DNA of 39,246 nt from an uncultured virus (IMG/VR IMGVR_UViG_2061766007_001614) (Duplodnaviria > Heunggongvirae > Uroviricota > Caudoviricetes), in the IMG/VR virus record IMGVR_UViG_2061766007_001614; one strand, given 5' to 3'. The notes beneath the pieces are model-generated. The model did no database searches. It was not told the DNA's origin and saw only the letters and a program-made list of their open reading frames with translations. The translations under genes and the position numbers were made by a program. Shown here one piece after another: positions 12,739 to 22,289 of the stretch. Positions within the stretch are counted from its first letter, which is position 1; each line of letters opens with the position of its first letter.

Positions 12739-13879
12739 ATGAGTCAGCATATTTATACATATGATCCCGTCAATGGTCTTGAAGAGATTGGCGGAGCTGG
12801 NNNNNNNNNNNNNNNNNNNNNNNNNNNNNNNNNNNNNNNNNNNNNNNNNNNNNNNNNNNNNNNNNNNNNNNNNNNNNNNNNNNNNAAACAACAAGACAGT
12901 TGTCACAATAACAGAGACAAACTTTGTTGGAACCATGGCAGAGTGGAATGCACTGACAGCTGATGAAAAAGCACAGTATAAGACTGTAGACCTGACGGAT
13001 GACTTTAACGGAGAGCCTATTGACTCTGAGCTTTCAACCACATCTGAACATACCGTACAGAATAAGGTTGTTACCGCTGCGATCAATGGAAAGGCTCAGA
13101 CTGATCACGCATCATCTTCGGCAACATACGGCCTTGGTACAGCTGCTAACTATGGCCATAACAAGATAATTGACAACCTGACAAAGACATCCCTGACAAG
13201 TGGAGAGGCTCTGTCAGCGCACATGGGTAATACACTTGGAAAGATGTTTGCTCCTATTGAAGCTGGTCCTAAGTATAGTACTAGTTATGCAGCCGGTACT
13301 CAGTTTGTATATAATGGCATACTTTATAAGACCACTACAGCAGTAACATCTGCCAGCGATATCAATACAGGAAGCGGTGGAAATGCCACTGCAGCCGGTA
13401 ATATCACTTCACAAATTAGCAATTTAGAGAGTAAGGTAAATGATAAATACCTACTGTTAGGAACTAAAGTTGTAACATTAGCCACAGGCAATGGTTCAAG
13501 AACTTGCAACACTCTGATGACATTAGCTCTGACAGCTTTAAATGCGATAGTTCCATCGTCTGAAGTTGCAGGTGCGACACACATGAAGCCTGTTTATTGT
13601 GCACTTCCATACGCTGATGGCGCGGGCACTCGTACTATATTAATACCCGAAAGTGGTTTATCACCTGTTGCTTCATTTAGTTCCAGCAGCTACAAATTTA
13701 TCAAAGTAGATGCAAGTTCAACAGGAGACGGTATAACTTTATGGAATGCTGATTTTGGATCTACAAATAGATGGTTTCTTCAATCAGTAACTACCGGAGC
13801 TCTTAGTGATTTCTTAACACGTAAACCAAGTAACGGCACTACTCTTGATGTTTGTTTGGAGTTTTACGCTAAATACTAA
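12739..13879 (+). CDS. Tail fibre/receptor-binding protein 1 (constant part plus currently attached variable C-terminus)
   Basis: RBS GGAGG, ATG 12739; conserved YNGILYK..TGSGGNAT..TSQISNL junction with site TAGCAATTTA at 13417-13426. Confidence 0.8.
13404..13428 (+). repeat. Putative recombination site in fibre gene 1
   Basis: TCACTTCACAAATTAGCAATTTAGA, identical copy at 14844-14868. Confidence 0.8.
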
Positions 13880-13917
13880 TATAGCAGGTGATCTAAACGG
13901 ATATGCTTAATGGCAAT

Positions 13918-14247
13918 TCAAATTATATATGCCAAAGACCCATAAGCAATGCCTGATGGTGCTCCACTTGATGAGGTACTTTCAGGAACAAAAGTCGAAA
14001 TAGTTATATTTCCATTCGTCGCAAGCGTGCATAATCCAGCATGATATCTCTCCGCTGAGTCTCTGACTCTGACAATAGTGGTAGTACTGCTCAACGGTCT
14101 ATAATCATTTGGTACGCTTCCGATCGCACCAGAGCTAACGGTGGCACCATTTAATACTAACGAAATGACATTACCAGTCTTAATCATTGAGACATTAGTT
14201 ATTCCAGAGTTTATACTTTTGCTTTCCAGGTCCTTTGATATATTGCT
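13918..14247 (-). CDS. Silent alternative fibre C-terminal cassette (inverted)
   Basis: Minus strand reads CGCCAAAT-AGC AAT ATA (site 14239-14255), in frame for 20 codons into ORF 13918-14187 (..VPNDYRPLS.. fibre-tip-like); no RBS at the site. Confidence 0.8.
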   Translation of the reverse strand, partial: SNISKDLESKSINSGITNVSMIKTGNVISLVLNGATVSSGAIGSVPNDYRPLSSTTTIVRVRDSAERYHAGLCTLATNGNITISTFVPESTSSSGAPSGIAYGSLAYII

Positions 14248-14404
14248 ATTTGGCGCTGAACGGTGGGGAGAGACGTGGGCAAAAATGAGTAAAAGGAACC
14301 GGCACTATTAAGTGCCGAACAAATGAATAAATATTCAAAAATATTAACAAGAGCGAGTGCTATTGGCATCTGCTCTTTTTTGATTTCGAAGAAAGGAGAA
14401 AAAA

Positions 14405-15319
14405 ATGAGTAGAAACAAATATGATTCATCTACCGGTACACTCACTCAAATCGGAGGATGGCAGGGCGTAGATAACGCTCTGTCAGATACATCCGAAAAT
14501 CCTGTTCAGAACAAGATCCTTAAGGGCGTACTGGATAAGACATACAAAGATGATGATACAGCAGAGACTGCCATAGCTGATGGAGATTACTTCCCATACT
14601 ATGACGTATCTGCCAGTGCAAAAAGGAAGACCCTGTGGAGCAATGTCGTTTCTAAATTGAAGAATGTATTTGCTACCACCACAACAGTAGCTCCTATAGA
14701 GACAACTACAACTGCAAGTAGGGCATATACTACTGGCCAACAGTTCATCCTTAACGGGATCCTCTACAAAGCCACAGCTAACATTTCGTCTGGTGGAACC
14801 ATCAATACCGGCTCTGGAGGAAACGCCACAACGGCTGCTGATGTCACTTCACAAATTAGCAATTTAGANNNNNNNNNNNNNNNNNNNNATACTACTGTGA
14901 AAACTTTTGAAGGAACAGCAACAGCGGCCGCTGATAATACTGTGAGCATTTCTTCAAATGACAGATTTTTTTGGTTTTCGCGTAGTCTGTTTATAAAGAG
15001 TGGATCTCTCACCTGTACTCTTTTATTTGGCGGTAAATATTATGTCAGGTTACAACAATTTAACATTTCTCAACTGAAGGATTTAATTCCTGCTGCTGAA
15101 ACTGTTGCAGTCGGTGGCTTGATAAAATCGATTGCAACCGTTGTTACAAACCAAAATTCCAACAATACATTTATATCTAATATTCTTTTAGTAAAAGAAA
15201 GCGCAACTGAAGCAAGATTAATATGTGATATATGGAGTTCAGACACAAGCGGAAACATTGTAAAAAATGATCCTTATCAAATAGGGTTACGTGTCTCAGG
15301 AGCTATGTCAATTTACTAG
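14405..15319 (+). CDS. Tail fibre/receptor-binding protein 2
   Basis: VDNALSDTSENPVQNK motif; shares the junction domain and 25-bp site with fibre 1, then an unrelated C-terminus. Confidence 0.8.
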   Translation: MSRNKYDSSTGTLTQIGGWQGVDNALSDTSENPVQNKILKGVLDKTYKDDDTAETAIADGDYFPYYDVSASAKRKTLWSNVVSKLKNVFATTTTVAPIETTTTASRAYTTGQQFILNGILYKATANISSGGTINTGSGGNATTAADVTSQISNLXXXXXXXXTTVKTFEGTATAAADNTVSISSNDRFFWFSRSLFIKSGSLTCTLLFGGKYYVRLQQFNISQLKDLIPAAETVAVGGLIKSIATVVTNQNSNNTFISNILLVKESATEARLICDIWSSDTSGNIVKNDPYQIGLRVSGAMSIY

Positions 15320-15383
15320 GTGGAATCACTGCTGAAAACTCGAGGTTTTACTTCAGTTCAGGCCAAACCAATGCGACATGCGC

Positions 15384-15400
15384 AATGTTGCTATTTAGCG
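15384..15400 (-). repeat. Putative inverted recombination site
   Basis: Minus strand CGCTAAATAGCAACATT; TTGCTATTTAGCG matches TTGCTATTTGGCG (14243-14255) at 12/13. Confidence 0.6.
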
Positions 15401-15543
15401 AAACAACTTTGACGAGAATGGTAGGTGGATTGTAGTGGACGACGGGGAAACTGAGTAAAAGGGATTTAACATTTTGACAGATGAGTAAAAGGACAAATAA
15501 ATATAAACGTGGCTGACTTTTGTTCAGCCAAATATTAACACGA

Positions 15544-15576
15544 AAAGAGCATCTGGCTACGGCCAGGTGTTTTTTG
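15544..15576 (+). terminator. Rho-independent terminator
   Basis: AAAGAGCATCTGGC-TACG-GCCAGGTGTTTTTTT. Confidence 0.7.
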
Positions 15577-15611
15577 TTGCAATTAACAACTCATAAAAGG
15601 AGGAATTTAAA

Positions 15612-15854
15612 ATGAATTACGATGGAAAGTTTTATCTTGTTGAGGTTACAAAGTACGTGGACGGTACAGCTGATGCAAAGGCTATCTATACCTATGACAC
15701 AGAGACAGAGGCCATCGCTAACTTCCACAGCAAGATGGGTGGAGCTATGAAGAATGCTAACTATGCATTTGAGATGCTTCACGTAATCAGCGACTACGGT
15801 GTTGTTGTTAAGACCGAGTACTTCGAGAGAGCAGTTGAGACACCTGAAGAGTAA
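15612..15854 (+). CDS. Small hypothetical protein after fibre genes
   Basis: 80-aa ORF with strong RBS AAGGAGG; followed by hairpin 15874-15906. Confidence 0.75.
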   Translation: MNYDGKFYLVEVTKYVDGTADAKAIYTYDTETEAIANFHSKMGGAMKNANYAFEMLHVISDYGVVVKTEYFERAVETPEE

Positions 15855-15968
15855 TCTCTAGATAGAAATAATTAAGAGGCTGGCACCTTTTGGTGTTCAG
15901 TCTCTTTCTTATTTTCTAGAGTCTCTGACAAAGGATGCAGCTTGTGTCTTTTCTCAGAGATTTTTGGA

Positions 15969-15997
15969 ATGACATGTAAACTAAATTGTGATATAAT
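15969..15997 (+). promoter_or_regulatory. Sigma70-type promoter for recombinase
   Basis: ATGACA-17 bp-TATAAT with extended TG. Confidence 0.6.
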
Positions 15998-16126
15998 ATT
16001 ACCCAAAACTAAAAAATGAGATGAGCGCCGACTACCAATCAACTACTCATCTCCAACCACGAAGGTTCGGGTATATTATAACACGAACCCTTACCTTTGT
16101 GTACCACAAAAGGAGGGTTTTTTATT

Positions 16127-17105
16127 ATGGAAAAATTCGTAAATGAACTGATGGCTAGCTTGCTTGGAAAGATCCGGGATGATGACCTGAAGACTGTAAG
16201 AGCCGTAGTCTTTAACACACTGAAAGAATACGACGTCAAGAAGAAAGAGAATGCTATTGTCCCGCTGACCTATGATATCCCCAAGGAAGTAAAGGAGTAC
16301 ATCGTATCCAAGAGGATTGAAGGCCTCAGTTATAAAACTCTTCAGCAGTATTGGTATTGCCTGAAGCTGTTCTTTGAAGCTGTGCAGAAACAGGTAACAG
16401 AGATTACTGCAGAAGATATCAGACTCTATCTGTATAACTATCAAAAGAATTCTAACGTGGCAGATATAACCCTTGACAGTAAGAGGCTTTATCTCCACTC
16501 CTTCTTTGAATGGCTTACCCTGAATGATTACATCAAAAAGAATCCATGCGGTCTTATCAACCCTATCAAGTATGAGAAAAAGGTGAGACAGCCGCTTAAT
16601 GATATTGAGATGGAGAAACTCCGCCAGGCATGCTCTACTCCCAGAGAGAAGGCTTTTGTTGAAGTCTTATACTCTACTGGCTGNNNNNNNNNNNNNNNNN
16701 NNNNNNNTTGACTTTGAGAAAAGAGAAGTTTCATTGTTTGGTAAAGGAAAGAAACATCGAAAGTCCTACTTAAATGCCAGGGCTATCATTGCGCTGCATA
16801 AGTACATCACTTCTAGAGAGAGTGACTCTGAATATGTCTTCACCTCAGAGAAGAAACCGTCTAACCCTATCCATGCCAGAACTGTACAGACAACAATCAG
16901 AAGCCTTGGAGAAAAAGCCGGTATACAGGGAAGGGTGTACCCACATCGGATCAGGCATACCACTGCCACAGATGCTCTGTCCCGTGGCATGGCTATCGAG
17001 CAAGTACAAACGCTCCTCGGCCATGAGAAGACTAGCACGACCTTGATCTACGCAAAAATAAATCAGACGGGAGTAAAGATGGAGAGCCTGAGGTGTATCG
17101 TCTAA
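16127..17105 (+). CDS. Tyrosine recombinase (XerD-like), putative shufflon invertase
   Basis: RBS AAGGAGG, ATG 16127; SAM-like N-domain, LYSTG.., FGKGKKHR, HRIRH, LLGH, TTLIY catalytic motifs; frame split only by an N gap. Confidence 0.9.
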
Positions 17106-17145
17106 TTTGCGATGCAACCATTCCTATGGGCATACTGCGCCCTAT

Positions 17146-17982
17146 AGCAATTTAGACTCCAACGTAAGCAATTTAAACACGAATTTAAACAATGAAACAT
17201 ATGATTTGCAGAGGGTTGTTTACAATGAGCGCTACAATAATTCTGTGAATTTTCTTCCAGTACAGGTAAATACGCTGAAGCTCTATAACACAGCTGGAAC
17301 CTGGAACAACTCAACCAATACATATACGATAGGGAATCTCTCCTTTGCGGTGTCAAATGGAGTTGTTACTGTGCAAGGTTCATACAGCGGAACTGTATCC
17401 TTTGATATTCCTTTCCCTAAGTTTACATCGTATGCCTCTGCCTCTGTCCAGATGAGTGGATGTCCTAGTGGTGGAAGTTCTTCGACATACAGAATGATGC
17501 TCCAAGACTTCTCTGGTACTGCGACTGTTCTTGCTAGAGATACTGGTTCGGGGGATAGTGCTACGCTACCATCATCTTACACAGATCTTAGATGTAGAAT
17601 TGCTCTGACTAATCCGTCAAATGTGAATCTGAGATTCAAACCGATGATAACTATATCTGGTATGCCGGAGTCTGATTATGACCATTTCAGACCATATGCA
17701 ATGAGTAATTATCATCTGCAAAGAAGTTTACTTATTACAAGAAGTTTCACCGTTCCTACTTTTAATATGCCAGAAGGTATTTTCGTTGACACTATAAACG
17801 TAGAACTTCCAGAAGGTTATCAAATATTAGGAATTGTTGGCTATAATTTATCACGCAATAAATATATAACTTTAATGCAGCTTTATTGGTCGAATGAAGA
17901 TAGTACGGTTTCAATTGGTGGATATGCTTCGTCAGCGGCTTTCTTTAATGGTTCTATAACGTTGCTACTAATAATGAGATAA
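17146..17982 (+). CDS. Silent alternative fibre C-terminal cassette
   Basis: Begins at CGCCCTAT-AGC AAT TTA GA (site 17145-17154) just after the recombinase stop; no RBS/ATG; beta-rich fibre-like sequence (LRFKPMI..DYDHFRPYA). Confidence 0.78.
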   Translation, partial: SNLDSNVSNLNTNLNNETYDLQRVVYNERYNNSVNFLPVQVNTLKLYNTAGTWNNSTNTYTIGNLSFAVSNGVVTVQGSYSGTVSFDIPFPKFTSYASASVQMSGCPSGGSSSTYRMMLQDFSGTATVLARDTGSGDSATLPSSYTDLRCRIALTNPSNVNLRFKPMITISGMPESDYDHFRPYAMSNYHLQRSLLITRSFTVPTFNMPEGIFVDTINVELPEGYQILGIVGYNLSRNKYITLMQLYWSNEDSTVSIGGYASSAAFFNGSITLLLIMR

Positions 17983-17987
17983 ACTTG

Positions 17988-18257
17988 CTAATTGGCATAG
18001 TTGTACAGGAAGTATAATGAACCCGNNNNNNNNNNTGTTCCATTACAGTTAAATCTAACCCACATTTCATTGGTTGTACTACTATTTTTAACTGCTTGCT
18101 GAGCAACATCTTTTGCAGTACCAGCGGAATCTGTACTTGCATAAGTAAAAAACACGTACTGGTTATTAGCTACTGGAATATTTAAAGCATCTGGATACCC
18201 ATACGCTATGGTATTTAAAGGAAGACTATTTACATCTTTAAGAGGCAGAGGCTCCAA
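17988..18257 (-). CDS. Silent fibre C-terminal cassette (partial, inverted)
   Basis: DVNSLP..ALNIP..AQQA..MWVRF knob-like motif; stop codon embedded in site-like TGCCAATTAGCAAG; 5' end merges with an unrelated + strand gene. Confidence 0.6.
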   Translation of the reverse strand: MEPLPLKDVNSLPLNTIAYGYPDALNIPVANNQYVFFTYASTDSAGTAKDVAQQAVKNSSTTNEMWVRFNCNGTXXXXGSLYFLYNYAN

Positions 18258-18402
18258 CGCAGCCCGTGATTCAAGAGGAAGGTATTACGAGGGTGGTTAT
18301 CCAAGGGATACAAAATCCGAACTCGAGAAACTTATGCACACAACAGAAAACGACCGTGAGCGTGAAGCAATCAGAAGCGCACTCGATCATATGAACAGAT
18401 AA
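18240..18402 (+). pseudogene. 3' part of a phage protein (RGRGSNAARDSRGRY...)
   Basis: Coherent C-terminal reading frame followed by hairpin 18428-18463; N-terminus missing. Confidence 0.45.
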
Positions 18403-18493
18403 TGAAATACGAATAGATTTACTGATTAAGAGCACCTGACATGATTATGTTGGGTGCTTTTTGTCTAGAGATTTATTTAGGAAGGAGGCAATT

Positions 18494-18865
18494 ATGGACT
18501 ACGAAAAAAAGATAGCTGATGCAATGGAACATGCGGAAAAGGTCAAACTAAAACAGGAGTTGTATGAACTAAGGCATTCGAATGACAAACAAAGAGAGAA
18601 ATTATCCTTCAGTAAGATTGCCTTCATATTCATGATGACTAACTGCGTAGTGATTGAGATCTATGCTTTGTTCGCGATGTTTTACTTCGGGGACTTATCT
18701 TCTCTCTCAGCTTTGATTGCCGCAGTCGTAGGAGAATGTGTTTCTTTTCTATGTTTTGAGATTAAAGCCGGGAAAGAGAATTCCAAGAATGGAATCGTAT
18801 ACGAAACCGCCATGAAGAAGCTTGAACATGAACTAGAAAATAATAACGACGATGCCGTCGGGTAA
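18494..18865 (+). CDS. Holin-like membrane protein
   Basis: RBS AAGGAGG, two hydrophobic segments, upstream of endolysin. Confidence 0.65.
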   Translation: MDYEKKIADAMEHAEKVKLKQELYELRHSNDKQREKLSFSKIAFIFMMTNCVVIEIYALFAMFYFGDLSSLSALIAAVVGECVSFLCFEIKAGKENSKNGIVYETAMKKLEHELENNNDDAVG

Positions 18866-18874
18866 GGGGGTTCT

Positions 18875-20234
18875 ATGGATAGAAACTATACATTGTATAT
18901 GCATATCGTTCCAGCAAATCTAACCGGGAAAGAACATGATATGTATTATATTGGAGCAACAGGAAGAAATGTCCAAGATCGATGGAAGGTTAATGGTGAT
19001 GGGTACCATAGAGGAACTGTTTTCAGAGAAGCTATTGAACAATATGGATGGAAGAATATAAAACATATAATCATTCTTCGAGGGCTAAGTAAAGAAAACG
19101 CTTATTACTGTGAGAAACGGTATATTCAAAGATATAAAAGCAATAATGAAGAGTATGGTTTTAATAGAACAATCGGTGGGATTGGAGGGAACATTAAGCC
19201 GGTTGTCCCAGTTATTCAATATGATCTTGAAGGAAACTTCATAAGAAGTTGGAAAAGCGAAGCCGAAGCTGCACGGCATATGGGTGTAATTAGGAGNNNN
19301 NNNNNNTCAATTCAGCAGATGTACTCGCTCTCAATGAGTCATCTAAAATAAAGAAAGTAGTTGCACTATACCTATAAATTCTCCAAGTTGTAGTTGCCAG
19401 CTGATCAGTACCACGAGTCATTCTTGTTAATGCCACAGTTTCGCCGTTATTTGTAGGTAATAATGATCCTAATAAAATTCCTGCATCAGTACCTGATAAT
19501 GAGTACAGTGGTGCGTAATGATAGGTGGAACCATTGATTGTAATTTCAAAGTCATTAGTTACACTAGTTTTATCAACACTAAATACTCCATCATAATAGA
19601 ACATAACATTTGTAATACATCTCATAGTGATCTCAGTATTTGCATTAGCTCCTGACGTTTTAGCGGTAATGCTTTGCCATGGAGATATACGAAAAATGTT
19701 ATTACTTGATGATAATCCAATGCCGGTCGTAGGAATGTTGTTTATTAAATTGCTAATAAACGTGTTTACACTACTTGTAGTTGCATAAGAACTTAATTCG
19801 CTTTTTGTGGCGTAGTAACTTAAGTCATCAGTGTTTGTAAGTCTTTTCCAAGATGTCCANNNNNNNNNNATGCCACTGTTAAAGGATATCAATTTAAAAA
19901 AGCCGATGCTCCTGTCCCAGGGAAGTATAAAAAAAGAACAGGGATAAATAGTACTGGTCCCAGACCACATTGTAGAGGTGAAAATAATTCAAAATCAAAA
20001 AGCGTCGTTCTTTTAAATACTGGAGAAGTGTTCCCATGTTTACGTGAAGCATGCAAAAAAACTGGTGCAAACATATGTATGGTTTCAAAAAACTGCATAA
20101 CCCAAAAAGGCTCATCTGGTAGAGATCAAAACAGGAAACGATTAGTATGGCGATTTTATCAGGACTACATCTGCATGACACAAGATGAGATTAACGATGC
20201 TGTTGAGCAAGCACAACATCCAAATCATAGATAA
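18875..20234 (+). CDS. GIY-YIG homing endonuclease with NUMOD1-like HTH domains (split by a gap-flanked insert 19307-19859)
   Basis: YTLYMH..YYIG..RW..E..GFN motifs; PVIQYDLEGNFIRSWKSEAEAAR and VVLLNTGEVFPCLREAC domains on either side of the insert. Confidence 0.8.
19307..19859 (-). CDS. Fragment of a third fibre gene with shufflon-type site (probably misplaced contig)
   Basis: WTSWKRL..YATKSELSSYATTSSVNTF-ISNL; ATTAGCAATTTA at 19746-19757 (minus); bounded by two 10-N gaps. Confidence 0.65.
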
Positions 20235-20245
20235 AGGAGGTTTCT

Positions 20246-21739
20246 ATGGCTACAGCTAATGATTTAATCAATTGTGCCCAAAAATATATAGGTATTGAAG
20301 AGACGTATAATAATAACGTCATTTTTAATACAAGATACTATGGACATAGCGTTAATGGTTCTCAATATAGTTGGTGTTGTGTCTTTATATATTGCCTGTT
20401 CGAAGACTGTAATGCCTCTGAATTATTCTACGACGGAAAGAAGACTGCCCTGTGTCAGACATTGGCTGACTGGTTTAAGGCTAAAGGGCAATGGTATACC
20501 ACCCCTCAGGTCGGTGACTGTGTGTTCTTTAAGTATGGAAGTTCAGTAAGATATACCGATCATATCGGGATAGTTGAAAAGATATATGCGGATGGAAGTA
20601 TTGGAACGATAGAAGGAAACACCTCAGACAAGAATAACCGTAACGGTGGCATGGTAATGAGGCGGACACGTAAGAGCGGAATCGTTGGATATGGCAGACC
20701 AAAGTATAGTACTTCTGCTCCGTTCTCTCCTGTAAAGCCATATATGTTCAAAGGAGTGGACGTGTCAGCATGTCAAAGAAATGTTGATTACTCAAAATTA
20801 AAAGAGTCAGGTGTTGAATTTGCTATCATAAAAATAATCCGTAAGAATCTTAATCCGGACGAAATGTTTGAAAAGCACTATACGGGATTCACATCTGTAG
20901 GAGTGCCAGTCTTCGCTGTATATAACTATTCATACGCGACTACTGTTGAGAAAGCTCGTATAGATGCACAGGCAGTGATCAGGACACTGTCGGGAAGAAA
21001 AATCCCGGTTTGTTTTGATGCTGAAGATAATGTTCAGAAAGGACTGGGAAGTCTTCTAGTTGACATGATAAATGCTTACCAGGAAGTTATAGAAAAGGCA
21101 GGACTTCCATTTATCTTATACACAGGTCCCGCTTTTTACAACCAGTATATCAAGCCATGGGAAAGGAATCTGAAGTGCAAAGATATCTGGATGGCACGAT
21201 ACTATAAAGGTAACACCATCATGCCGTTTAATATGGATCCTGACCAGTCAAAGAAACCACTCGACGGAATTGTTGGATGGCAATACACATCTCATGGAAA
21301 TGTTAATGGTTATAATGGGAATATAGATCTTGACATCATTTATAGGGATATATCTTCACCTATGCCCGCTGCAGACAAGAGGATTGTCGCAAGAGTAAAG
21401 ACTATGGGGTCAAGGCTGAACGTCCGTAAAAAGCCTAATAATGGAACCGTAGTAGACAAATTAAACAATGGAGCTGTGGTGAATATTTTAGATCTTGATT
21501 ATACATCGGGATGGTACAGACTTGGTAAGGACAGATATGTCTCTCCCAATTACATAGATGGTGCTGTTGGAGTTGTGACAACCGGAGCTCTTAATATAAG
21601 AAATGCAGACTCTACCAAGGGACAGATCGTGGGAAGATTTTTAAAGGGTGATACTACTCCAATCGTCAAGCAGTCACAGACCGGCTGGTATCTCACTCCG
21701 AAAGGATGGGTCTCCAATAATTATGTTAAGCTACTCTGA
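20246..21739 (+). CDS. Endolysin: CHAP + GH25 muramidase + two SH3b-like domains
   Basis: WCCVF..HIGIV..IEGNT (CHAP); GVDVS..FDAED..WQYTS (GH25); LNVRKKP and LNIRNA SH3b-like repeats. Confidence 0.9.
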   Translation: MATANDLINCAQKYIGIEETYNNNVIFNTRYYGHSVNGSQYSWCCVFIYCLFEDCNASELFYDGKKTALCQTLADWFKAKGQWYTTPQVGDCVFFKYGSSVRYTDHIGIVEKIYADGSIGTIEGNTSDKNNRNGGMVMRRTRKSGIVGYGRPKYSTSAPFSPVKPYMFKGVDVSACQRNVDYSKLKESGVEFAIIKIIRKNLNPDEMFEKHYTGFTSVGVPVFAVYNYSYATTVEKARIDAQAVIRTLSGRKIPVCFDAEDNVQKGLGSLLVDMINAYQEVIEKAGLPFILYTGPAFYNQYIKPWERNLKCKDIWMARYYKGNTIMPFNMDPDQSKKPLDGIVGWQYTSHGNVNGYNGNIDLDIIYRDISSPMPAADKRIVARVKTMGSRLNVRKKPNNGTVVDKLNNGAVVNILDLDYTSGWYRLGKDRYVSPNYIDGAVGVVTTGALNIRNADSTKGQIVGRFLKGDTTPIVKQSQTGWYLTPKGWVSNNYVKLL

Positions 21740-21812
21740 GTTCTTGGCTGATATGCATTTGGTTGACACTGAAATGGCACGGATGATATATGAGATTTAC
21801 CTGGCAATTACT

Positions 21813-21852
21813 AAGGGATACACTACCTAAATGGCGGTGTATCCCTTTTTTT
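21813..21852 (+). terminator. Rho-independent terminator ending the late operon
   Basis: AAGGGATACAC..GTGTATCCCTTTTTTT. Confidence 0.8.
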
Positions 21853-21862
21853 GATTTAATAA

Positions 21863-22060
21863 CTAGTTATACCTGTGTTCCATCTTATCTGTTATGCTAC
21901 CATCTTTATTAATCTTTCGCGTAGCTCTATATTGAGAACCATCAGCGTCATTGTAAACTTTGGTGACACGAGCGGTATGTTTACCAGCATATGTTTCAGT
22001 TTTATCTGGTTGTTTCCCATTAAGATTTGGAAGAAAACTATTGTTGCTCAGTTCATTCAT
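21863..22060 (-). CDS. Hypothetical protein
   Basis: 65 aa with RBS AGGAGG. Confidence 0.65.
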   Translation of the reverse strand: MNELSNNSFLPNLNGKQPDKTETYAGKHTARVTKVYNDADGSQYRATRKINKDGSITDKMEHRYN

Positions 22061-22084
22061 TTTAAAATGCCTCCTAAATTTTAC

Positions 22085-22289
22085 CTATTTTGAAAAACTG
22101 TAAGTAGCGCCACAACTGGTGCATTTATTGTCAAAAACTGTCAGCTTGCCGCAATTAGCACATTTTTTCCCCCTGCCACCTTTGCCATTATTTGGCGGAA
22201 CAATCATCTCGTAGCCGCACTTACTACATTTTCTGTTGTTCCCTGTTGTCTTAAAAAAAGTCAATTCGTTACAGTTTGGACATAATTTT
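22085..22289 (-). CDS. Small multi-CxxC zinc-ribbon protein (start in gap)
   Basis: CPNC, CSKC, CANC, CTSC. Confidence 0.65.

Noticed and set aside
13260..14868. Similar regions in two fibre genes as a possible DGR template/variable repeat pair
   Set aside because: Differences are not adenine-specific and there is no reverse transcriptase in the window.
191..22093. Numerous antisense ORFs in the six-frame track over structural genes
   Set aside because: Shadow frames without RBS or motifs; only those starting at TAGCAA sites or with clear RBS were retained.
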